Source: Batkoa obscura | Lineage: Eukaryota | Direction: 5' to 3' | DNA: 64,000 bases | Assembly: GCA_030770535.1 (NCBI GenBank) | Contig: JASVEC010000012.1 | Span: 62,001 to 126,000 of the forward strand | Part shown: positions 48,640 through 60,300 of the stretch, piece after piece | Layout: the number at the start of each line of letters is the position of its first letter | Numbering within the stretch: position 1 is the stretch's first letter | Program-made: the position numbers and the translations under genes | The notes under the pieces: generated by a model | What the model was told of the DNA's origin: nothing | What the model saw: only the letters and a program-made list of their open reading frames with translations | The model's database searches: none

Positions 48640-49989
48640 TTAAGATTTGGCTTCAAGGTCAATCTCGTTCTTTGCAACTCCAGGTTGATCATCATCACCA
48701 TAATCAGAGATGTTTTTGATGACAAAGAATGCACCTGGTACAGAGATTTCAAGTAATATCCAACAAATAATAAGCTGAACAAGGTAAGAAGCGTTAGAGG
48801 TAGAAATACCCCAGGCAATAGCAGCACCAAAAGATTGAATACCCTTGTAAAAACCAGCATAACGAGTAAGAATTTGAGCATCATTACTGAGAGAACCCAT
48901 AACCCAATAAGAAAGACTTTGAAGCATAGCATCTAATAAACCGTAGAACATGTAAAGAATAAGGGGTCCTCCATATATGGCGTCGGTAAAATCGATACCA
49001 TTATCAACCTTTGATTTATTATCTTTGTATGGATTTTCTTCTTTGGTGAATTTAAGTTGGAAAGCTAAACCTCCGGCCCATACAGCGGTGAAAGCAATGG
49101 TTAAAACAGCAAGCCCATAAAGGCCACGTTTTGAACGAGACATTTTGGGGTTATCAAGAATCTTACCAATGCCATAAGCACCAACCATTTGCATGGCCCA
49201 GTACCAAATGTTGTTGAAGGAGCGAGTACGCTTGTTGAATAAAACGGCATTGTAAAGATCGAATTGATAAGTATAGAACCAATTAGAAGCAAGGAATAAT
49301 GGAAGAAGAGCAAGCATCTTAAAGTCAGTGAAGACTTTTAAGGCACCAACAGCTTCAGAGAGTACATTTTCGTATGGAGTAATTTTGACTGGGGTTCCAT
49401 CTTCACGTACTACTTTACCAATTGGTGCTAAAGCAAGTGAAATGGCACAACCAATAAGCATAACAACGATTAAGCCAATATAAGTACCTTGTGCAAGAGC
49501 ACCAGCTTCTTCATGATAGTTAAGGGCAAATGGGATGATAGAACCAAGTACAGCACCCAAGTTGAAAACAATCCAAAAAGTAGCAATATATTTACCTTTG
49601 TTACTTTCAGTAGCATATGCCATCATAATTTGACCTTGAGCAGCCCAAAGTACACCAGCACATGCACCTAATAAAGCACCTGCAAAAATTACAACGCCAC
49701 CGGATCCAGTTGCGTTGTAAATAAGATAAGAAGCAGAATAGAATGCATAACCAATACCAGAAATAGCCAAAGACCATTTAGTTCCGAGAATGTTTACAAT
49801 ACCTCCACCAATAATACCGAATACAGTGAAAGTGGTATAAATGGCAACGTTGGCGTATTTGGAAGTATTATCATCAACAAGACCACCACCACCAAGACTG
49901 TTTAATACATTGAACATACCAGGGCAGCAGAAACAAATAAAACCAACCAGGATTACCTGGAAGTAAGCAGAAGTATACTTGATTCCCAT
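48640..49989 (-). CDS. UNC-93-like MFS transporter (Ngt1-like), copy 2, intronless
   Basis: Same motifs; convergent paralog of 47068..48423. Confidence 0.9.
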   Translation of the reverse strand: MGIKYTSAYFQVILVGFICFCCPGMFNVLNSLGGGGLVDDNTSKYANVAIYTTFTVFGIIGGGIVNILGTKWSLAISGIGYAFYSASYLIYNATGSGGVVIFAGALLGACAGVLWAAQGQIMMAYATESNKGKYIATFWIVFNLGAVLGSIIPFALNYHEEAGALAQGTYIGLIVVMLIGCAISLALAPIGKVVREDGTPVKITPYENVLSEAVGALKVFTDFKMLALLPLFLASNWFYTYQFDLYNAVLFNKRTRSFNNIWYWAMQMVGAYGIGKILDNPKMSRSKRGLYGLAVLTIAFTAVWAGGLAFQLKFTKEENPYKDNKSKVDNGIDFTDAIYGGPLILYMFYGLLDAMLQSLSYWVMGSLSNDAQILTRYAGFYKGIQSFGAAIAWGISTSNASYLVQLIICWILLEISVPGAFFVIKNISDYGDDDQPGVAKNEIDLEAKS

Positions 49990-52469
49990 AATTTAAGCGA
50001 ATAAGTTGAAATTCAAAGTTTGTTGGAGTATAAATTGGATAAAGAACTAGAAATAAGTTTTACCAAACTAAAATATAAACTTAGGTATTAATTAAGAAAA
50101 GGATTAGACTTAATCTTAAAAATTGATGAACATAAAAGACTTCCACGGGATATTTATACTCTTCAGTTTTGGAAAACCTTTTTAAACGAAATCAATTAAG
50201 AAAATCAAAATCTTAGGTCAGATGCTTTGTTCCTTCTATTTTATTTCATTTTTAACTGGGTGAAAGTGATCTTTGGGGATTTTTACTTCTAACCTTAACC
50301 AAATTTGGAAGTAAAAAATCTGGTGATAGTTTATAATAGAAAAAAGTAGAGAAAGCATTGATGATAGTACTTTTCAAAGCTGAAAGGTAAAGTGAGGGCA
50401 TAAATTTGAAATTAATTTTATAAATATAGAAAATTAAGGTGGAGTGAAGAATAGATACAAAGCTCACAGCAATTGAATATTTAATCATTTTTGTTTGGCC
50501 GGAAATACGAACAAGGTCGTATTATATTTGACAAAACTATAGCTCGCTCGCTTACTTACAGTTCGAAGGTGACGAATAAGAGTTTTAAATGTAAAAATTA
50601 TTTCAAATACCATAAAGCCTAATTTAAAGTATATTGTTAATATTCCTGAAATATGGATGATACTATAAAATGTATTGCTTACTTGATAAAAGCCTAGAAA
50701 GCGTTAACTGATAATATGATCCAAGTGTGGATAAAAAATGGTAATATGACATTTTGCTCAGCTTAAACAGGTCATTATCGTACCACCCTTAAATAATGTA
50801 ATAAATTGATTGCAAAGAACATGACTATAAAAATGCTTAGAAAAATTAATATGGAATTTTTAAAGTTTATTTATAGAATAATTGCTATAAACTTTGAGAC
50901 AAGATTTAACCATAATCTAAGAATAGAACTGTGATTTCCTATATGGAGCAAATTTGATATTCATTATAAATATCAAAATCACAATATTACCATTTAATGG
51001 AATATAAACGTATGCTACATTTGTGATGGTCTTAAACTTCAGCTTATTACTTTTTAGTTGCATCCTATGTTATTATATATCCGTCCTTAGATTATTACGT
51101 TTAATGCTCATTTCGGTGAATTAAACGCTTTCTATTCTTACTGATTTACTTGTTTATAAGTTATGCCCAACACAAGGTGCGGATTTTATGTATAAACTAA
51201 GTGAAATCTTAGCAAACCATACAAATTGTTTTTACATAAAAATCTATAATAAATTTAATATAAGCATAATAACAAATCTAATATAAAACAAAAATACATT
51301 GATAAAATATTTAAACCTACTATCTTAATCTTATCTTAAAATATCATGTTCTCACGTTATAAGACATCAAGTGGAGGTTCTAGGAGCAAAAATTTCTATA
51401 AGAAAGGGGGTAGAATATAAATTAAATAAAAAGGTTGGAATACCACATGGTTCAGAATTATCCAGGCTGACGCATAGGCAGTATATTGCACTCAAATGAT
51501 AATACAAACTACTTTTTACAGGATTTTTACATTGAAGCTTAATTTGATTACCTGAAAGCATTTCCTATTTTGTAAATATGGCTTTTTTCGGGTTTAATAA
51601 ATTCAAGTTAGAATTTTAATAATAACAACTTGAAATATAACCAATAGTATTTAATGTAATTAAAGCCCTTTATTATTACTTTTGACATTCTAATATCGTT
51701 TTTTATGCTTTTTATCTTAACATCATTAACTTAAAAATCAAAATAAAAGCAAAAATCCATTTAACAGAATACTACAGTTTAGATTTTATTTAGACTCAGG
51801 ACTATATTTGACCTGCTTGTCATCAGATGCATCGTCTGATGATCAGTGTCATTGCCATATTACCAAATAAATTCAAAAATGCGAAGGGTTTATACTTTTT
51901 TGGGGTTACCGACTTCATCACCCTTAGATTGGTCTTTACTTATTTGTATGTTTTGATCCAGGTGACATAAATTTTAATTATGGTTTTCAGGAATAGTAGG
52001 GTAAAGGTGATTCAGTGAGTTTAAACGTTGAGTTTTTTTACAGGTATTTTGTTCTTTAAAAAAATATTAGTTAATGGAAAAATGGGGTAATATAATTTTA
52101 AAAATTCTTGAAATTTGTTCACTTAATTTATTCACAATATAGGTCAAAAGCGGAACATCACTCAAAATGTGGCTTAAATACTCCTATTTTAGCTCAAATG
52201 TGTAGTAATGTTTATTCATTTAAGAATAAAAATTAGGCTTTAGCTTTAAAATATGGCAATAGTACAAGTTATTAATTACAAAAATCATAGCTAAATAGTA
52301 TATATGGAACCAAAACAGATTTAATAAAATTTCATTTTAGATTTTTTTTTTAAATTTTGCGGTACTTTTTAATATTTTAATAATCTTACATTGACAGCCT
52401 TAATATATGTTTACCACAGTACTCTATAATATAAAATATAAGATATTACTTTAGAAATTAAGTAGATAT

Positions 52470-52568
52470 GGGGACGTATTTTTGTGTTTAAGAATTTTAC
52501 TAACAATCTTTCCGCTCAAATAGCACTTAAAAAATGGAAAAAGTGATGAAACCAAAAAAAACACCCTC
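52470..52568 (-). mobile_element. MITE family A, copy 16
   Basis: GGGGACG...CACCCTC; TSD ATAT/ATAT. Confidence 0.9.
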
Positions 52569-52902
52569 ATATCTATCATACAAGGTTTTTCATAAACAAA
52601 AATAAAAATCTCAAATTATCTTAAAATGGAATATTTTAGATAAAAGTAATTATTAAAATAGGAAATATAATAATAAATTTGTTTTTTGTTTGATGTTTTT
52701 CATATACTCTTTATTGGCAATCATAGTATAAATTTGTTATTAATTAATCTAAAAAAATAAGCATACTAATTTAACTGATTTTTTACAAACCTGGCTTTTT
52801 AAGATTCTAAATTCATTTAAAAATAACAGATCAAAATTGAATTAAATATTAATTTGTTTAGGTTTTGGGCTATAAAAAATATAGACAGTTATATATATAT
52901 AT

Positions 52903-53002
52903 GGGGGTGTTTTTTTTTGGCATTATTATTTTTTCCATTTTTTAAGCGCTATTTGGGTGGAAAGATTGTTAGTAAAATTTTTAAACACAAAAATGCATCC
53001 CC
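52903..53002 (+). mobile_element. MITE family A, copy 17, in an (AT)n tract
   Basis: GGGGGTG...CATCCCC; TSD ATAT. Confidence 0.9.
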
Positions 53003-53138
53003 ATATATATATTAATATGGTACTTGGGTACATAAAATATTTTAAGCATTTATTTTAAAATAAAAGTTCTTTAACATTGAATACTACTATAAAATCAAAT
53101 TTGTTTATAATAAAATGTCAAATTATTTTATGAAAGTT

Positions 53139-53640
53139 ATAAAGTCTAAATACATTATTTTCATTTATGGTTTACTACTTTTACAAAAACAAAGTGAATT
53201 TTCTAAAAAATTTTCTGCCATTTGGTTGAAGATAAATTTACGCATTTTTATGTAAGATGAGCAAGTTTAAAAGCTGAGTTAAAATTAAAAATAAAATTTT
53301 CCAATTCGCTTTTTTTGTCCATTTCTTGTAGCATAAAATTTCAAAAAAACTGCTAAGCAAAACCGGACAAAAAACGTTTCAACATGAGTTTTTCTAAAAT
53401 CAAACAAAAAAGCAAAAATTTTGTAACACTTGGTGCTTAATTTGCAAATTTACAAAAAATTAAATTGGACAAATTTGAATTGAGCTTTTAAACCAACCTA
53501 AGTGCAAATAATTTAGCTTTGAGTTTGTACAAAAAATACGTAAATTTTTTTCAAGCAAATGGTAAAATCTTTATTAAAAATGTCCACTTTTTTTGAAAAT
53601 GTGTGTAAACCATAGGTAAAATAAGGTATTTAAGTTTTAT
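53139..53640. mobile_element. ~500-bp non-autonomous foldback element with ~110-bp imperfect TIRs
   Basis: Left TAAATACATTATTTTCATTTATGGTTTAC...CCATTTGGTTGAAGATAAATTTACGCATTTTT matches reverse complement of right end TAAATACCTTATTTTACCTATGGTTTAC...CCATTTGCTTGAAAAAAATTTACGTATTTTT. Confidence 0.6.
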
Positions 53641-54383
53641 CCATGAATAAAATAACAGTGGAACAAAGATGAATTACTAATATTGTTTGTTTCTAAAGAT
53701 ATATTTTTTAAAATGGTTTTTAAATCAACAGTAAGTTTTTTATTACGCTAGTTAGTGAAATATTTTTACTTGCTTATTGTATTTCTCATACTGTCCTTTA
53801 TTAAATTAATGATTTTATTTTCATATCGTTTTATATTACTTTTTTTATACTGTAGACTTGAAACAAGGTTAACACATTGCTATATCTAAATAATTTCAAT
53901 TTAATAAAATTTAAGTTTATTTACATTGACCAAGCTATAAAAGAAATAAAACCAAATAATAACCTTAGTATTAGATATTAATATTTGTTTTTCTACAAAA
54001 TGTTACACTAGTGGCTCTGTTAATTTTCAATTTTGTTAAAAGTATTTTTAAAATAGTTGATCTATAGTTTTATTTTTTTCAACAACATTGTACTTTTGAA
54101 ATCTTTTATAATGCCATTGAAATATATAAAATTCATATCATTTTGGTTTGGTTTGAGCTGTACTGTTTTATTATTTAGAATGATCAAACAATAACAAAGT
54201 ACAAATTTCATACCAAAATCATTATTAATTTGCAAATATTTTATAGTGAAAAGTTGAAATGAATATGAGTATAATAGTACCTGAATTAATTTTTTTATAA
54301 TATCGGGCCTATTTTCATGTTTTTTAAAATTAAATGTAGTTTGTAAAAATTTATTAAATAATAAGCTAAGTATATAGCTGAAT

Positions 54384-57300
54384 TTAAAAGTAAGCTACAA
54401 GAGCAAGGTCGACATCTTTATCGGTAATAGCCAACTCTTTTACTGCTTGTTTAGATTTGGTAGTTAGTGCTGGCTGTTTGTTCCCCCTTGGTTCTAACGC
54501 TAATGAATTATTGTAATATTTATCTTCATCCCAGATTTCATTCGCTCTTTTAAGCCAAGCTTTAATTCGTATTTGTAACTCTTTAACTTCAATTATGTTA
54601 TAGGGTACTTGGAATTTTTGTATCTCTTGGACAATTGAAACGGTTCTAGCGTATTTTGCAAAATTCACCAACTTAAATCTGTCATCTCCACCTTCTTGGA
54701 AAGCTGAATTTCCTTCATCTGTAAATGTTAAATCAGTAAGATAAATACCCAAAAATGGTAAACAAGGCGGTAAAGTGGTTTTCAATACGTTTCTATACTC
54801 AGCATAGTTTTTGCTATGATCTGTGGCTTTCCGCAACTGATCAAATGTTTGTTGGAACTTAGGTGGAAGTATTGCCCAAGTTCTTTTCAACCTAGCAATC
54901 ATGGATGAGTTTAAGGCACCAACAATAGGTATTAAAGAGTTATAATTTTTCAATATTAAAAGATTTTCTCCTACTCTGATGAAATATTTGACTATATTAC
55001 ATCTCTTTTTGACGTCTGGCTCTTTCAAAATACAATCACATATAAGCGAAGTAATTTCATTGGTAGTATCGGTCATCATCCGAACATATTTAACCGAAGG
55101 CGAGTCTTTTTTGGAAAATTCAAGTCCAATAAGTTCATGTGGTAAAATACCACAAAAAGATTTACAATCCATTATTGTTAACTGTCTAGCTACTTCCATC
55201 GGATCCAAGTCTGTAATTCGAAAAGGTAAGGTTGTAAGTAAAGATTTAACTATACCTTTTCCAATATTGGGTAATGGTGGTGGAATATTAGGAAGCTTTG
55301 CTAGTGCTGAAGCTTTCTTTAATTCCATTGATTTTGAAATAGCCAATTTGGAAGATTCATTTTCTTGCTTATACGATTCTAACAAGCTTTCACAGTTCTT
55401 TAAAAGCCTTGTGGCAACTGAAGGCATGCACTCCATAATTGGACCACCAACAAAAACCATTAACCTTTCCAATATTGGTCCATCATCTTTGATATAAAAA
55501 TATGACTCAAGCCAGATTTTCAAAACGTTATTAACCCTTATTTTAACAGCGGTTTGTTTATGTGTTCTCCAAATATCAAGGCATTGTTCATTTATTCCCT
55601 CAGGTGGTTTAATTAGATATCTTTCAATTAGGTGATCAAGGAATACTGGAGGTTTACAGAAAGCTCTAAAGGTTAATAGGAATGTCTCAATAAACGTTGA
55701 ATCAATAGAGCTATCATGCAAAGTAAGCTTTTCGACAAGCGCTTTAATCGTGGCGTAAATCAACATTCCATCTTTGTATTTCACTTCTTCATCTGTATAA
55801 TCATAACCTAGGAAATCCAATTCCCTTATATCAATGCCGTTTACTATTAGTGATGACCTCCTTTTATCAGTTTTTGATGTAACAGTCTTTTCAGAACTAT
55901 CCATATTTAAAGTTGAAGCAACATTACTGTCTGTTGTCATCAAGCTTTTATTACTTTTTCTAGATGCGACAGCTGCGGTAGCTTTAGCTGCAGCAATAGC
56001 GTGGACATTGCTCCCTCCCATGACACTGGACGCAGACCCTCTTCTAGAGCTATTTCCAGATTTAGTGCCAATATCTATCGATCCCTTCCTCGAGGTTGAT
56101 GGTGAAGATTTTCTTGAGTTTCCTTGACTGGCATCATTATTGGATCCTCCGCTTCGACCTGATAAGATTGAAGAATTGGAGCCTCTCCTTGGTCCAGATT
56201 TTCTACCATTTTGATTCTGATTAGCTCTGTTAAGGTAGTATGGGTTGGGGGGTATGGGCTCGCCAGCCATAAATTCAGCTCCATGAGGTGCAATATATGT
56301 CAATCTTAAATTTTTATTTTTTGTTTTATTAAAGATGCCAGTAATAGCATAAATAGTTGTTAATTTCCTTTTAGTTAAATTAACTGTATTGACTGATGGT
56401 CTACGATCATCAGAAATTGTCTGCTCCGTTAAATTAACCACATCAACCGATTTCCTCATATCTGGAGAGTTACCTAGACTGTTTTTGACACGAGTATTTT
56501 GAACACTATCTTCTTGTGCTAAAACAGTGTGTGCTGTAGACGCGAACTCATCATCCGATTCAGCTGCTAACGCAAGCTTTTGAACAACTGGCTTTGATCC
56601 AACTTCTTCTCCCTCAACATAAGCATCTCTTTCATCCTCTTTTGGACTTTTGGATGATTCCGATTTTTGACTTCCTTTTAATGATGATGCTTCAATTTTA
56701 TTGTCATTTAATTCAATCGGCAAATTTTCACCCTCAATTTCAACATCAATTTTTGATATATCAATTTCTTCATTTCCAGCTAATTCATTAGCATCACTTT
56801 CATTTTCATTTTGAGAAGGGCTTTCAGTGTCATCGATATTAGACTCAATTGTAGTTTCACTTACAGTGGAGTTATTTGCTTCATTATCTGAATCGTTTTT
56901 TGGTGATGTACTCAATATACTTAAGGTTGGTGATCTGGATGGTGGTCCAGGTAAATAAAAATTTGGATAGTTAGTTTCAAGATCAAAATCATTCAATAAC
57001 GTAACGGATATACGTTTCGGATTTATGATAAACTCATTTTGTTCCTGGTTTACTCTTATAGGAGAATCTTCTTTGCCTAAGCTTATGCTCGATGTAGGGT
57101 TGTCCGATTTTAACTCCTCTGAGGCTAGCTTGCTTCCACCTTGTTCTTCCTCTGAATAGTCAGAATCGTCTGAACCAATAGTATTCGAAGTGATAGATGT
57201 CGAACTATTTTTTATAAATAAATCGACGGAGCTTTCACTATAGTTTTCACTAGTTAGCTCTTGAGTTTTTAAACTACTATCTTTATCTATATTTGGACTA

Positions 57301-60300
57301 GTCTCTATTCCTGAATCAGAAGATATCCCTGCACTGTCTATATTGCTTTCAGTAAAGCTAAATCCTTGATCTGGAGTAATCTCATCTTCATTTAAAATTT
57401 TGTCAACGTATTCAATTTCAGATAACTCACTAATAGTTTGAATTGACCTTATAGACCTTAAACTTTGCTCAACTACCCCATGCTCAGAGCTTGTTAGTAC
57501 TTCATCGTTTGTAGAATGCATAGAATTGTATGTATCTTGTTCATAGATAGAACTGTTTTTAAATGAATATTCCTCTACCAAATTTTCATTTGAAATCGGC
57601 CAATCTTCTTCGTTTTTATCTTCAACACCTGAAGGTCCCACTAATTCTTGGTATCTTTTTAATAGCTCATATTCATTCCCGGTTACATCAGGGAGTTTTT
57701 CGATGATTATATTCTCTTGATCAAGCACTATATTAGAGTTTGTCCTTGGATCGACTTCTCTACTGATTGCATCTAAGTTTTCTTGCGTGTCTTCATCTAA
57801 ACCTAAATATATTAAAATTCATTTAAAAGCTATAAAAATCGAAAATTACCCCGACTTCCTATCGATTCATCGTCGCTAGGGGAATACCCGTCTCTATCAG
57901 TATCAGTATCAGTATCAGTACCAGTATCAATATCACTGGCTTTAAAATCAGCTATGTTAAATTCAGAGCTGTCAGATCCATCATCTTCTGAAAGTTTGTT
58001 TTCATTTGCTCCATCACTAATAATATTATTAAAAGCAACTAAATTTGTATTATCTTTGTCACTGTGTTGTTGACTTATATTCTGAGGCGATTCAGCAATA
58101 ACACTAGTATCGGGAATAATAATTTTTTCAAAGCTAATGTTATCATTTTCTTCATTTTGCGAAGATTGATTTAGTATTGGATCAATAGTATCGCCAGTGA
58201 TTGCTTTTTCTTCTTGATTTGATAAATTCATATTTGGGAAAGTCGACGATTTTGGTGTACTAGCAGAGGATTTTTCAGATTCTAAATCCTTTTGAGTATC
58301 TTCTACCTCAGTCAAAGCCCCAGATGAAGCTAATTCAGCTATTGGGCTTAATTCTCTGTCAAAATAGTCATCAGGAATTTCCAGGTCTTCTCTAGGAGCT
58401 AAACCTTTTTTAATATCATTCATTGATTCAAATTCTCGTAGTATATGAATGTCCTTTTTTATTTTTTTATCTTTCGTATCAAAGGGATCTCTTTTGTCTT
58501 CGATATCCCCCAAATCATCGCTATTCTGTGAAGATAATTCCCCAGAAAAAACTGTATTTGATTCCTTAGGTTTTTCATTATCAAAGCCTTCATACTGTAG
58601 ATCTTTTGGTGGGTTTTTTTCATATTCTTGAACTTCAACAAGAGAATCTGATTTAACCCTTGGAAAGCTCATATTAACTAATCCACCAGATATATCTGTA
58701 CCGGCTGAATGATCGCTTGTTTTGTTATTGTTCGACATGTCCTTTTCAAGCACAACACCTGGTCTCTCATTTGATTCATCTTCAACACTGGTACTACTGG
58801 ACTTAGACTCATCTTTATTAATTTCTTTATCTCTCAGTAGATCTTCGTCCTCAATATTGGTTGATTTTATAAATTTTTCACCCTCAATCAAATAGTGGGG
58901 AAGTGGAGACAAGTCTTGATCGCTCTCAGGGAAGTCATCAGAAATTGGGGTAATATCTTGGTCATCTTCTGAACTTAAGTTATCATCGTCCAAACTTTTG
59001 CTATCTTGTTTATGTAGAGAAGAATCCGGGGCTAGAGTAGGTTCTTGAGTTTTTTTCATAAATCTCTCTAAGTTTTCAGAAACTAATTCAGAGTTTAAAT
59101 AGGCTTTGTTATCCTCTAATAAGATGCCATACTCATTTTGGCTATTTACCTTTGAGTTTAGCTCTGAAGGAACTAATTTATCGCCTTCCCATAAAAATAG
59201 TGAGGTTGGTGCTGAATATTTGATTCTAGACTTCAGTGAAAGGTACTCTTTGCTAGGAAGAATAATTTCTTCGTAGCTTTTCTCTTTAAGCAGATTTTTC
59301 TTAAAAGCCCTATAAGCCTCTCTACTTTTTCTACTAAGCCTATAGTAGTATTCACTGCTTTCTTTACAAGCGATTGTGATTCCTTCATATTCGGTTTTCC
59401 TTATTCTTCTTTTATTATTTTTTCCTTCACTTAATGATTTTTCAATTACCAACTGGGAATCACTTCCTTTTTTGGCATTGCTCGAATTCACTGAAGTTAC
59501 TATTTCAACCGTATTGCTTTCACCAGAAGTTATATCGCTACTCATATTAGAATTCAATGACCCAGAATCATGGTTGTCTAGGATTGATCTTTTTTCAGGT
59601 TCAGGATTATTTTCAGTTTCATCAAGGGATTCTGCTTTCATAGTTAAAGAATTATCCTTTAGGTCGGACATAATTGAAGATGAATCAGTTGAGATTTTAC
59701 TTTGGATTCCTACGTCATCCTCCTTAGCTAGCCCAACATTTGGCTCTGACTTCAACGGAACCATATCATTATATTTATCAGATATTTGATCTGTGCCTTG
59801 ACTCGAATCTAGCTCTGAAATCTCTTCATCTACCTCAACTTCTTTATCCATGTTTCTTATTAACTCCTCAGCTTCTTTTTTTATTGCTTCAAAATCCATT
59901 CTGCTACTATTATTTGAACTTGAGTTCTTAGAGTCTTCTATTTGAAAATTACCACCTTCATCATTTGAAGGAAATTCATATTTTTGGTCTGAATTAACTA
60001 TTAATATTTAAAATAAGTTGTTATATAAAACAGTTGTATTAAATTACCTATAGATTTGGGCCCTGGTAACTCACTTGGATCAAATTGTTTGGCATCTACT
60101 AAACCCTCACTTATATCATCAGCCGCTTTCTCAATCTCATCATTTTGACTTGTACTTTTTGTACTACTATCAGAGGAAATACTCGAGCCATTACTACTTG
60201 AATCAATGTGATTGTTTTTATTATCTTTAGTACTATTATCCGAATCTGAGTGATTAATTATACTTATCTTAGTATTATTATTTAAATCCGGTTGACTAGT

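Noticed and set aside
51830..51852. Hairpin TCATCAGATG-CAT-CGTCTGATGA with C/D-box-like words
   Set aside because: No properly spaced C and D boxes or rRNA antisense element identified; isolated palindrome
410..53002. Reading the MITE as a TA-targeting Tc1/mariner (Stowaway-like) element or as CRISPR repeats
   Set aside because: AGTT, TAAT, AAAT and TTAT duplications show a 4-bp TSD; copies are dispersed, in both orientations, without regular spacers, in a eukaryote with no cas genes
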